Part shown: one piece after another, positions 17,725 to 26,118 of the stretch
How the letters are laid out: each line of letters starts with the position of its first letter
Numbering within the stretch: position 1 is the stretch's first letter
The notes under the pieces: model-generated
Seen by the model: the letters and a program-made list of their open reading frames with translations, nothing else
Databases searched by the model: none
What the model was told of the DNA's origin: nothing
Made by a program: the position numbers and the translations under genes
IMG/VR virus record: IMGVR_UViG_3300027895_000002
Coordinates: 1-44,976 of that record
Length of the DNA stretch: 44,976 bases
Strand: one strand, 5' to 3'
Origin: a virus

Positions 17725-17961
17725 TTAAGCTTCCTTGGCCTTGCGGATGCCTTCCTTGATCGCCTGAGACCTTCGGGCTTTATCAAGAGCTTTCTGCGCG
17801 GCGTCCATGCCTTCGGTGACTTCATCGGTGGCTTGGGCCTTCTGGGCCTCAAAATCAATCCACGTCCCATCGGGACGGAACTGCTCTCCGTCCTGCTCCC
17901 ATCTTGCCTCCGAGACTCCATAAACCGTCCCGTGCGGACGATGCCTGTCGAATTTCTTCAT
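17725..17961 (-). CDS. Small charged hypothetical protein, start re-assigned
   Basis: ATG at 17961 is preceded by TAGGAGGATCT. The longer track ORF (to 17994) would overlap the upstream gene. Confidence 0.5.
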   Translation of the reverse strand: MKKFDRHRPHGTVYGVSEARWEQDGEQFRPDGTWIDFEAQKAQATDEVTEGMDAAQKALDKARRSQAIKEGIRKAKEA

Positions 17962-17969
17962 AGATCCTC

Positions 17970-19151
17970 CTAGAAAGTTGTAATCACCACGCAATACCCT
18001 GCGCCTCCATTGCCTCCGTTACCCCCAGCCCCACCCGCGCCTGCTCCTCCGCCACCGCCGCCGGATCCAATCCCTCCATTTCCACCCACGCCCCCGGCTC
18101 CTGAAGCGTTAGCTCCACCACCAGAGCCACCGCTGCCTCCGAGATAAGGAGAGGTCTGCGCGCCTGGATTTCCATTGCCACCTCCGGTAGAGCCGCCTGA
18201 CGGAGATGCGTTCGCGAAGTTGTTGCCGCCTGCACCGCCTATAAAAGCCGTTGTGGCGCTAATGCCCCCTCCGGAACCGCCGCCGCCTGCTGCCAGATAA
18301 GCGGGTCCACCTTTTGTTCCGTTCGCTCCCTGTGGCCCGCCCGCACCCGCACCTCCTCCGACTCCGGTTCCAGCTCCCAAAGCTCCCGCGCCACCCGCAC
18401 TGCCACCCGCACTGCCACCCGTGGCACCCCCGGAGGCACTAGTGGACGAACCACCGGCTGCGATTGCGCTTGCCGCACCGCCGCCACCTGAATTTGTAGC
18501 CGCAACTTGCCCGCCCGCACCTCCGCCGCCGCCGAAGGCAGTGAAGTAGGGAGTGGTGCCAAAGCTTGAATTATTCCCAGCACTCGCGTTGCCCCCGGCA
18601 TTTCCCGCTCCAGAAGTCGCCCCCGAAGCTCCTGAGACCGCCGTAGCTACCGTCACGGTCTCGGTCGAATTGTAAGCCGAGGCAGGAGCCGTGGCGTCTA
18701 TGAGGAAACCCGCGCCTCCGCCACCGCCGCCCGAGACCGCAACACCGAGTGTTACCGAAGAGCCTCCTCCACCTGCTCCGCCCCCACCTATCAGAATCAC
18801 CCGGACACTCTGAGGAGTGCCAGAGGGCTTGGTCCAAGTACCGGAAGAGCCGAAGGTTTGTATGTTGATAGGAGCCGCTATTCCCCCAAGAGCAATCACA
18901 TCTGAGGCCGCTGCCGCTGAAATCGCTGTCCCGTTCCCCTTCAGAACTCCGGTAATAGTGGTGCTCAGCGTAATCGCAGGAGTCGTGGTTGCTGTAGCAA
19001 CAGTACCCGCAAGCCCGTTGGCACTGACGACAGAGACACTCGTGACCGTCCCTGCTCCGAGCCCGGCAGCGCTGTAGGCAAGCCCCGTGGCAGGATCTAT
19101 CAGTACAATCGCCTGTGGAGCATTGATATTAGGGATTGGGGGAGCGGCCAT
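17970..19151 (-). CDS. Glycine-rich fibre-like protein (N-terminal PNIxAP module, long GGxGG C-terminal region)
   Basis: N-terminus MAAPPIPNINAPQAIVLIDPATGLAYSA. About 250 aa of Gly/Ala/Ser repeats ending GGNGGNGGAGYCVVITTF, as in glycine-rich domains of phage fibres. Confidence 0.65.
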   Translation of the reverse strand: MAAPPIPNINAPQAIVLIDPATGLAYSAAGLGAGTVTSVSVVSANGLAGTVATATTTPAITLSTTITGVLKGNGTAISAAAASDVIALGGIAAPINIQTFGSSGTWTKPSGTPQSVRVILIGGGGAGGGGSSVTLGVAVSGGGGGGAGFLIDATAPASAYNSTETVTVATAVSGASGATSGAGNAGGNASAGNNSSFGTTPYFTAFGGGGGAGGQVAATNSGGGGAASAIAAGGSSTSASGGATGGSAGGSAGGAGALGAGTGVGGGAGAGGPQGANGTKGGPAYLAAGGGGSGGGISATTAFIGGAGGNNFANASPSGGSTGGGNGNPGAQTSPYLGGSGGSGGGANASGAGGVGGNGGIGSGGGGGGAGAGGAGGNGGNGGAGYCVVITTF

Positions 19152-19336
19152 CAGATCACGTACCCCACTCCAGTAGTCGGGTCTAGAGGGACCACCGCTA
19201 TGGGAGCAAAGATATTGGGAATCTGCACCACCGAGGCGATATCTGAATTGCCTAACGCGTAAGGTGTGCCGTTGGCAGGATCAATGAGAATCGCCGCAAC
19301 CGGAGCAAAGATGTTCGGCACCTGCGGTGCGGCCAC
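19151..19336 (-). CDS. 61-aa protein made of two PNIFAP...DP..G..Y modules
   Basis: VPNIFAPVAAILIDPANGTPYAL and IPNIFAPIAVVPLDPTTGVGYVI. Its stop overlaps the ATG of the Gly-rich gene (TGATG). Confidence 0.55.
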   Translation of the reverse strand: MAAPQVPNIFAPVAAILIDPANGTPYALGNSDIASVVQIPNIFAPIAVVPLDPTTGVGYVI

Positions 19337-19339
19337 GGG

Positions 19340-19753
19340 CTAACTCCGATCTAAGACGTTGTTCCTTTCCAGGAAGCCCGTAACACCGTCTACGGTGATC
19401 TCGTCATAAAATGCGTCTTGATGTTCGCGTGTGTACATGTCTTCAGTCGGAGACATCCTGAGCGGCACAAAGCCTCTGGTGAAATCACCCCCAGCAGGAT
19501 TATCCGTCACATCGTCCGTCCCTCCAGTCACAGTACGCATGGAGGGAATGTCTTTGACCGCCTGAGACTCGATCACCTCACCCGGGGGGAGATAATTCAT
19601 CCGGTAGCCATAGGACTGATACTTCCCGGACTCTTCATGCCGTGTCTGCAAGCCTTTGCGGGTACGGGCGGATGCGTCGGAGGCCCAAACATGGCTCTCC
19701 GACTGTGCTCGCGGAGCTACGACCTCCATCTTTTCCTGAACGATTCGGCTCAC
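19340..19753 (-). CDS. Hypothetical virion-module protein with an NYLPPG.VIE.QA motif (paralogue of 19750..20001)
   Basis: Shares RMNYLPPGEVIESQAVKDIPS with the upstream gene's MFNYLPPGMVIENQANADIRS. Confidence 0.55.
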   Translation of the reverse strand: MSRIVQEKMEVVAPRAQSESHVWASDASARTRKGLQTRHEESGKYQSYGYRMNYLPPGEVIESQAVKDIPSMRTVTGGTDDVTDNPAGGDFTRGFVPLRMSPTEDMYTREHQDAFYDEITVDGVTGFLERNNVLDRS

Positions 19754-20001
19754 GAGGACGCCCAGCCATCATCGGGATAGGAAATCCCACCCGAATAGTT
19801 TTTCATCTTCTGGGAGCGGATATCCGCATTGGCCTGATTCTCGATCACCATGCCCGGGGGCAGGTAATTGAACATGGCCTTGTTCCCTGAAGGAGTGCCT
19901 TTCTTGTCCAAATAGCCCGTGTCCTTGATGCCCGCATGATCGAGGGACTTGCCTTCTGAAGTCGGTAACACCTTGGTATCGGGTGCGCCTTCCTGTTCCA
20001 T
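19750..20001 (-). CDS. Hypothetical virion-module protein with an NYLPPG.VIE.QA motif
   Basis: See the paralogue; ATGA overlap with it. Confidence 0.55.
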   Translation of the reverse strand: MEQEGAPDTKVLPTSEGKSLDHAGIKDTGYLDKKGTPSGNKAMFNYLPPGMVIENQANADIRSQKMKNYSGGISYPDDGWASS

Positions 20002-20009
20002 AAATTCTC

Positions 20010-20456
20010 CTAGCTCAATACGGAAGCTAAATGCTGTAGTTCGTAGTCTACACTCACCACGACTTTTGCGGTCGCATCCGTCCCCAACTGCACGTAGAGT
20101 TCGGAGTACGCGGGGATCATGGCATTCGACAGGGAGAGCGCATCAGACCCTCCCGCCTGAGAGACAGTTCCCGCACCTCCCACGACATAAGGCCCGAAGG
20201 TCGTTGTGGTGAGAGCCACCGTGGTAGTCGTGCTCGTATTGCTTACGGCATAAAGACTCACGGTCTGCGCACTCGTCGTAGCACTGTAGGTCGAGGTGCC
20301 GATCGTATCCATGTAGGCGTTCAACGCCTTCAGGATGAAGTTGGCGTAGGTGACGTACTTGGAAACCGCTGCATTCCCGGACAGCATCCCGAAGTTGATC
20401 GAGTGCCGGATACGGTAGTTCTGGTCGTCGTACGTCGGGTAGGTTGAGTAAGGCAT
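20010..20456 (-). CDS. Thr/Ser-rich capsid accessory (decoration/cement) candidate, paralogue of 20457..21080
   Basis: Shares the YDD/YDNPTY start region and the IGTSTY core with its neighbour. Lies downstream of the major capsid gene. Confidence 0.5.
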   Translation of the reverse strand: MPYSTYPTYDDQNYRIRHSINFGMLSGNAAVSKYVTYANFILKALNAYMDTIGTSTYSATTSAQTVSLYAVSNTSTTTTVALTTTTFGPYVVGGAGTVSQAGGSDALSLSNAMIPAYSELYVQLGTDATAKVVVSVDYELQHLASVLS

Positions 20457-21080
20457 TTATGCCATTACCACGCCGTTCGGAGCCGCAACAGAATATTCGA
20501 TCACCGGAACCGTGGTGAAGGTCGCATCCGTCCCGCCGATGAAGGTGATGTAATCGCCGGGATTCATGTAAACCCCGCCCGAAGTCTGGCCGCCACCGGG
20601 CATTCCCAAGGAATAGGTGGCCGTCCCCCACGCCTGAGTCGTGTTCGTCCCTCCGAGAGTGTTAAAGCTGTAGCGCCAGTATCCACCTACTCCTCCGACC
20701 CCGGGGACGTTGACGTTGGTACCCGCAGCTCCCGTACCGCCGATGTAGAAGGGGCCTGTTGCGGCAGCTCCTAAGGTAGTGGTCGCCAGAGACACTGCCG
20801 TGCCAGTGGTATTGGTGTTCGCAACAAAGAGCGCGTAGTACGAACCACAGGAGGTCGTGGCGGTACCGTTCACCGTGTAGGTGGAGGTGCCAATCGCACC
20901 GACGTTAAAGGTCACACCACACAAAGTAAGCTGCGTCCACGCAAAGAACTTGCCAGTGGTCTGTGCAGACCCGGCAGAAGTCAAAGCCATTGCATAGGAC
21001 TGGCGGGTGAGATAGGTCGGATTGTCGTACCCCATCGAACGGGTGACGACGTTGGAATTACCTTGCTGCTGTGTAGCCAT
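20457..21080 (-). CDS. Thr/Gly-rich capsid accessory (decoration/cement) candidate
   Basis: 207 aa, beta-rich. GAIGTSTYTVNGTATT. Position immediately after the MCP gene. Confidence 0.5.
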   Translation of the reverse strand: MATQQQGNSNVVTRSMGYDNPTYLTRQSYAMALTSAGSAQTTGKFFAWTQLTLCGVTFNVGAIGTSTYTVNGTATTSCGSYYALFVANTNTTGTAVSLATTTLGAAATGPFYIGGTGAAGTNVNVPGVGGVGGYWRYSFNTLGGTNTTQAWGTATYSLGMPGGGQTSGGVYMNPGDYITFIGGTDATFTTVPVIEYSVAAPNGVVMA

Positions 21081-21108
21081 GTTACTTTCCTAGGCCCCTA
21101 GAACACAT

Positions 21109-21136
21109 GCTCAGCGGGAGGCCCTTTGTGCTGAGC
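21109..21136 (-). promoter_or_regulatory. Stem-loop (7-bp stem gctcagc/gctgagc, 14-nt loop) just downstream of the major capsid gene
   Basis: Read directly. There is no U-tract, so it is not a canonical intrinsic terminator; it could be an attenuator or an mRNA stabiliser. Confidence 0.3.
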
Positions 21137-21140
21137 TGGT

Positions 21141-22112
21141 TTATGCCGCAGAGTCCCATTTGACGATGCGGACGTTTATCGCGAGAGTATGGACGATCCC
21201 AAACCCGCCAAGGTAATACCAGGCGATACCTTTCGACCGCCCATAGTCGGTCGGGAGCTTGCCCCGCATTTCCTCAGGGATTGCAATCGCCTCTGCAACG
21301 GTGTCGTTGCCGAAGAAGAAAATCCAGTCCGATAGACCGTTCACCCACGGCAGGGTCGTGATGCCGTCGGTTCCCAATCCTTTGGCAATGTTGGTCTGCT
21401 CGATGTACCGGGTGTTCTCGTACCGTCCGATCTCACCGTTCATGATGAGATTAAAGCCGGTGTCGGAATACTGGTGGATCGATTCCAGGGCGTTCTTGAA
21501 GGTCCGTAGGGTCGTCGGCCACGCAATCGAGTAGTAATCATCCGCGATGTACGCCGGGATGTTGCGCTCCTTCATGCTGTCCACAATCGCCTTGGCGTGG
21601 TTGTTGTTGTAGGCGATGGAGTTCGTGCCCGTCACCGTGCCATTGGTGTAGAGCGTCACGGCGGTCGCGGAAGTACCCCCGGTGGGAATGACTCTCAAGA
21701 GCGTCTGGTTGAACTGGCCCCATGCAAGACGGTCAACCGACTTCACCGTGTCATTCTTAAGAGCTTTCTTGATGATGTCCTCAACGGGGAACTTCGACAG
21801 ATTGTCGAGCTTCCCGGAGTACGGTACCGAGTTACCGGCTTCCGTAATCGTCAGGGTGCCCTGAGTGATCGTGAAATTAGTTTCAGGCAGGGTATTGGTT
21901 TCAAGTAGGACCCCACCTGCCGTAGCAACGTCTGAGATGACGTCCCACGTGAAGGTATCGCCCTTCTTCTTGCCCTGCTGAGAGATGTCGTGAACGTCAG
22001 AGAACTGGCGGAATTTCACCAGCGGCTGAACATTCATGCGTAAGACGTTAGAAAGCTGCCGGGAGTAAAAATATCCTCCAAGCGAGTTTACTGCCCACAC
22101 CTGACCGGCCAT
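21141..22112 (-). CDS. Major capsid protein (HK97 fold)
   Basis: Typical MCP N-terminal series: VWAVNSLGGYFYSRQLS...QPLVKFRQF......GKKKGDTFTWDV...TLPE...T.GTLTITEAGNSVPYSGKL. 323 aa. Follows the scaffold gene. Confidence 0.9.
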   Translation of the reverse strand: MAGQVWAVNSLGGYFYSRQLSNVLRMNVQPLVKFRQFSDVHDISQQGKKKGDTFTWDVISDVATAGGVLLETNTLPETNFTITQGTLTITEAGNSVPYSGKLDNLSKFPVEDIIKKALKNDTVKSVDRLAWGQFNQTLLRVIPTGGTSATAVTLYTNGTVTGTNSIAYNNNHAKAIVDSMKERNIPAYIADDYYSIAWPTTLRTFKNALESIHQYSDTGFNLIMNGEIGRYENTRYIEQTNIAKGLGTDGITTLPWVNGLSDWIFFFGNDTVAEAIAIPEEMRGKLPTDYGRSKGIAWYYLGGFGIVHTLAINVRIVKWDSAA

Positions 22113-22113
22113 A

Positions 22114-22141
22114 GTGACTCCGAGGCGGTTCCCGGAGTCAC
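22114..22141 (-). promoter_or_regulatory. Perfect 9-bp hairpin (GTGACTCCG / CGGAGTCAC, 10-nt loop) whose 3' arm contains the capsid gene Shine-Dalgarno GGAG
   Basis: mRNA sense: TGA-caagtcg-GTGACTCCG-ggaaccgcct-CGGAGTCAC-t-ATG. The stem ends 1 nt before the MCP start codon. Confidence 0.55.
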
Positions 22142-22148
22142 CGACTTG

Positions 22149-23120
22149 TCATTCGGTCTTTCCGGATACCGGCGTGCTGCTGTTCCCGGGGTGGAAGTGA
22201 GACATTGAGCCTCTCGCCTTAGCCATCCGTTCAATGATGACTGAGTGATCTTCTTCCCCGGTCTCGTCAGGGTCCACTTGCTGCCGTGCAGCAGCGCTAG
22301 GAACCTGTGCGAGCTTCCGTTTCCGTTCCAGCTTCTCCTGAGTCGTGCCTTTGAGCATACTTCCGAAGTGTTCCCTCAAGTCCTTACCAATCGTCCGGTA
22401 AGCGGTCGCAAGGGGCGTGTTCGGATCTTTCTGCTTGAGTTCTTCAAGCTGGGTTCTGAACAGCTTTGCGAGATAAGGGTCTTCGAGTAGCTCTTTCTGC
22501 TCCGATTCAAGGGATGCCAGTTCGGTCCTGAAGGACAGCCTCTGATCGACGGCCCGCAACATGTCCGGAGTCACCTCGGATGGTGTTGCTGATAGGACCG
22601 ATGCCAGTTGCTCGATCGCTTCCTCGTCTCCCAGTGCAGCCGAAGCCAGGAGTTTCTTCAGCCCGTCTTTATCGGGCCTGCCGGGTACGTCTTTCGATAG
22701 TGCCAGCCGTGAGGCGTTTCTAACACTTTCGGAAGCTTGGCGCAAGTACTCGTCCGCCGACTCAACTTTCGCCGCATTGGCGCGAATCTCCTTCAACGTC
22801 TGCCACTTCTCGGCTCCATTGACGATCTGGCGGTAATAGACTTCACCATTGACGGTTTTGGTGTCTGAGTCCGTATCCGCTTCTACTTTCGTCTCTTCGG
22901 TGCCCTCCTCCTGCAGGCGTTTGGCTTCTGCCTGAGAGCGTGCGTCCTCTTCCGCCGCTAACCTTTCAGTGCGCTCGGCCTCATCTTCCTCTTCACGCAC
23001 TTCCTCTGAGGCATCGGCAATCTCTTCCATGCGCTCAAGGCGGGACTTGTTGAAGTTCTGATTAACCTCACGCGCCTTGGCGCGCTTCTCCTCGTCGGTC
23101 AGTTCTTTCTCGTCGCTCAT
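22149..23120 (-). CDS. Scaffolding protein
   Basis: Highly charged (E/K/R/A) predicted coiled coil, 323 aa, between the portal and MCP genes. Confidence 0.7.
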   Translation of the reverse strand: MSDEKELTDEEKRAKAREVNQNFNKSRLERMEEIADASEEVREEEDEAERTERLAAEEDARSQAEAKRLQEEGTEETKVEADTDSDTKTVNGEVYYRQIVNGAEKWQTLKEIRANAAKVESADEYLRQASESVRNASRLALSKDVPGRPDKDGLKKLLASAALGDEEAIEQLASVLSATPSEVTPDMLRAVDQRLSFRTELASLESEQKELLEDPYLAKLFRTQLEELKQKDPNTPLATAYRTIGKDLREHFGSMLKGTTQEKLERKRKLAQVPSAAARQQVDPDETGEEDHSVIIERMAKARGSMSHFHPGNSSTPVSGKTE

Positions 23121-23350
23121 GAAAGCACCGCTGCAATTGAGTTGTTAGCAGGTCCCAAGGAGCCCTTCAATGAATTGTTTCCGCACCATGTCTGCCCGTA
23201 CCAGTACGGCACAAAGTACTGTTGATAAGGGTATGGATATGCCGGGTACGGCTGAGGTATATAGACCGGAGGATACACATACACTGGTGGCCGTGTGTCC
23301 AGTTCCTTCACCTTGCGCTCTAACTCTTCCACTCTGTCTTTAAGTTTCAT
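23117..23350 (-). CDS. Small protein: N-terminal coiled coil + Pro/Tyr-rich segment
   Basis: MKLKDRVEELERKVKELD followed by RPPVYVYPPVYIPQPYPAYPYPYQQYFVPYWYG. ATGA overlaps on both sides. Confidence 0.5.
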   Translation of the reverse strand: MKLKDRVEELERKVKELDTRPPVYVYPPVYIPQPYPAYPYPYQQYFVPYWYGQTWCGNNSLKGSLGPANNSIAAVLS

Positions 23351-23634
23351 GCGTCCTCCCGCAATTGTTCGGTTGCCTGCAAGCCCCGGTCTACGACTTC
23401 GGCCACCCAGTCGATGAAATTCTCTGCAATCCTGAGCTTCTGGTGAATGGTCGCCACCTTGCGTGAAAGGTCGGGATCAAAAGGATCGAGTTGCTTCAGT
23501 TCTCGTATCGCAGCCTCGCTTTGCTGCTGAGCCCTAAGAGCGAGGTATTCCCCGAGATCGCTTTCCAGAAACTGCTGTACCTGACGGCCAAATACCGCAA
23601 CCCGCACGTTATCGTCACTTGGATTTAGTTGCAC
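23347..23634 (-). CDS. Hypothetical helical protein downstream of the portal gene
   Basis: 95 aa; overlaps the portal 3' end by 20 nt. Confidence 0.5.
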   Translation of the reverse strand: MQLNPSDDNVRVAVFGRQVQQFLESDLGEYLALRAQQQSEAAIRELKQLDPFDPDLSRKVATIHQKLRIAENFIDWVAEVVDRGLQATEQLREDA

Positions 23635-25756
23635 TCTTCGCCTTTAACTGTTTGTCGGCCATCTGGGATTCCTGTGCGGCACCGAAGTTTCGATCCTCCA
23701 CCTCTCCCTCGCGCTCGCCTTCGGCCTTCTCCATGTCCATCAAATGCTGCACGAGCATCTGACGAGCCTCGGAGACGTGCTTCTTGTCCATCTTCGCCAA
23801 TTCCGTGACGTTTTTCTCTCTCGAAGTCACGAGCTTCACCACGTTCCCTTCATGCGTAGCTTTGGCCTTCTCTCCCGGGCCTTTCTGCAAGGCCATCTGC
23901 AAGCCCTGAAGCTGCTTCATGAGGGACGCCACGGTGGGATCGGAACCGTCAACGATAAAACGCGCACCGTCCTGATAGCCTGACAGTGCACAGCCTTCCT
24001 TCCACAGTTCCTTCAAGTCTATGCCCGGAGGGGGCCTGACGCATATCTTGGTGAAACTGTCTACCCAGTAGATGAAGCGCTGCAATTTAGCAGTAGGATC
24101 GGTCGCCCCCATGCCGACGTTCACCGTCAGGGTCAATTCCTTGTCGAGCACCGCATCTGTAACTTGGGAGACCCCATACTTCTTGAAAGTCTCGGCCTTC
24201 TGGCCTGCGAGAGTCAAAATGGTGAGGTCCGTCTCGTAGTGCTGCTCCAGCATCACGAGTTGCCTTAAGACAGGTTCGACGAACGTCTCCGTATAAGTCT
24301 TGAGCATGTACTCGGTCAAGAGATTGGTCGGACCCTGAAGCATCCGCATGGTGTTGGTACTTTCCCTTCCGGTCCTTTGCGCCTGTACCTGCATGGGATT
24401 GAAGTTACCTACAAGGTCGGAAAAATCCCCGTCAATGCGATCCTGTTCTAGATAGGAGGATTGGGTGACGTCCTGCCACTCCTGCTCCTTGATGTCGAGT
24501 TCAGGATCATCCGCGAGAATGATCCGGCCCGGGACGTTACGCACCAAAGTGGCTAGATCAACATTCTTGCCCCGTTTGACGATCCAGCCCTTGTTCAAGA
24601 CGAACGAGACGTTATCAAGGCGCTGATTCCCCAAAGTGTTGGCTTCATCCTGTAACGGTTTAACCAGAGTCGGCACGGAGTTGGGCATGGGCTTATGCGT
24701 CTCGATCATGACGTTGCCCATGACATACGGCCTCTTGCCGTGCCATACCGTGTTCTTTAAAGGTTCGGGGTCGGTCAGCATCCGCTCGGAGGCAATCGTG
24801 TAAAACTCCCAATCCTGCGCATCCCATCTGTGGATATGCCGGTGTATCCACACGATGTCGTAATCACTGATATCCCGCTTCTGCTGCGTCGGATCTTCCG
24901 AGAGCTGGTTTCGAGCCTGACGGGTCGTATCATCGGCATTATCTGACTTCGCGAAGACGATGGAGGGTCCATATTTCTTCCACCTCTGCCCCTTGGGATT
25001 GGGGTAATTCATTCTCTCCTTGACCTCTCCCCAGTACATCGGAATGAGGTGTATGAAATAGGGCGAGGTATTGACGGGATCGACCCACGATGCCGAAGGA
25101 TCAAAGCGCACGGTCTCAATCGGCAGCAAATCAACGACCGGCTTATCTTCAACCGACTCACTCATTCCCTCATCATCGTGCCTCTCAAGGAACTTCCAGT
25201 AGACATGAGCGACCGCACACGCCTGTACCTGCGCATCCTGTATGCCTCCGATACAGGTCTGAAACCACGGAATCGTTTTCTTCAGGCGATACTGAAGAAG
25301 TTGCTTCGTCACATCGGCAGAGAGTAGCTCGGCTTTCTCCTGCTGGTTACTCGCGGCGACGTCAATCAAGTCCATGTTGGAGAAATAAGCAGCAGCAGCA
25401 GCGGCTTCATTCTTGCGGATGATCGCCCGGGTTTTAGGCCGGAAGAGACACGAGCGCTTCTTGAAGAGATCTGAATTGTATTTGGAATCTCCGGGGTGCT
25501 CGTTGTTGAACGCCTTGATGGAGTTGTCCCACTTTTGGCGATAGTTGGAATCCACATAGGAGGTGGAGAAGCGATAACTGTCCTTGGCGCGTTTAAGCCA
25601 GTTGGGAGGAGTTTTCTTCGGCTCATCCGGTGGCGTATCTCCTACTTCAGGAGACCCGTCGTCCACCTCCACCCCCATCTCCTCAAGATCAACGTCTCCT
25701 GCCTCGGGATCGGTAATGGAGGGAGGTTGCGGACGCCACTGAGTCGATTGGGCCAT
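23615..25756 (-). CDS. Portal protein, start re-assigned
   Basis: 713 aa. Acidic N-terminus, then SYRFSTSYVDSNYRQKWDNSIKAFNNEH...LFRPKTRA, which is typical of podovirus portals. Charged C-terminal tail. ATG 25756 overlaps the upstream TAA (TAATG), whereas the track ORF extends to 25846. Confidence 0.8.
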   Translation of the reverse strand: MAQSTQWRPQPPSITDPEAGDVDLEEMGVEVDDGSPEVGDTPPDEPKKTPPNWLKRAKDSYRFSTSYVDSNYRQKWDNSIKAFNNEHPGDSKYNSDLFKKRSCLFRPKTRAIIRKNEAAAAAAYFSNMDLIDVAASNQQEKAELLSADVTKQLLQYRLKKTIPWFQTCIGGIQDAQVQACAVAHVYWKFLERHDDEGMSESVEDKPVVDLLPIETVRFDPSASWVDPVNTSPYFIHLIPMYWGEVKERMNYPNPKGQRWKKYGPSIVFAKSDNADDTTRQARNQLSEDPTQQKRDISDYDIVWIHRHIHRWDAQDWEFYTIASERMLTDPEPLKNTVWHGKRPYVMGNVMIETHKPMPNSVPTLVKPLQDEANTLGNQRLDNVSFVLNKGWIVKRGKNVDLATLVRNVPGRIILADDPELDIKEQEWQDVTQSSYLEQDRIDGDFSDLVGNFNPMQVQAQRTGRESTNTMRMLQGPTNLLTEYMLKTYTETFVEPVLRQLVMLEQHYETDLTILTLAGQKAETFKKYGVSQVTDAVLDKELTLTVNVGMGATDPTAKLQRFIYWVDSFTKICVRPPPGIDLKELWKEGCALSGYQDGARFIVDGSDPTVASLMKQLQGLQMALQKGPGEKAKATHEGNVVKLVTSREKNVTELAKMDKKHVSEARQMLVQHLMDMEKAEGEREGEVEDRNFGAAQESQMADKQLKAKSATKSK

Positions 25757-26118
25757 TAGTGAAACGACCCCTCTTTGCGCCTCACCCACGAACGGGGGAC
25801 GACAGGTAAAGAGCCATCCCACGGACCCCTCTTTAAGCCAAAGCACTCAAGGAGCTGTCCTCCAAATTCGATTGCAGTATGCCGCACTGCATGGGGGGTA
25901 CCGAGCTTCTCACGGGGAAGTAGAGAGCTAAAGCCTTCACGTCCGATCACGCGGGCTACTTCGCTGGCAATGGCAAGATGCCTTACCACCAAACCTCTTC
26001 CTTGAAATCCAACGATCCAGGGATGGTTTGCGTACGCATCGTTGAGAGCCTTACCAATGTCCATTGCCAACTGAGCATCGGAAGCTTCATCCGCATCACC
26101 GATTTCAATGATGTTCAC
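25756..26118 (-). CDS. Hypothetical protein upstream of the portal gene
   Basis: 120 aa; ATGA overlap with the upstream gene. Confidence 0.5.
   Translation of the reverse strand: MNIIEIGDADEASDAQLAMDIGKALNDAYANHPWIVGFQGRGLVVRHLAIASEVARVIGREGFSSLLPREKLGTPHAVRHTAIEFGGQLLECFGLKRGPWDGSLPVVPRSWVRRKEGSFH

Noticed and set aside
17985-18700. Highly repetitive GGN/GCN DNA, including a 12-nt tandem ccacccgcactg x2; considered as a repeat array or CRISPR-like element
   Set aside because: The periodicity is codon-based and lies inside one long open frame encoding GGxGG repeats. There are no spacer-repeat units of constant length.
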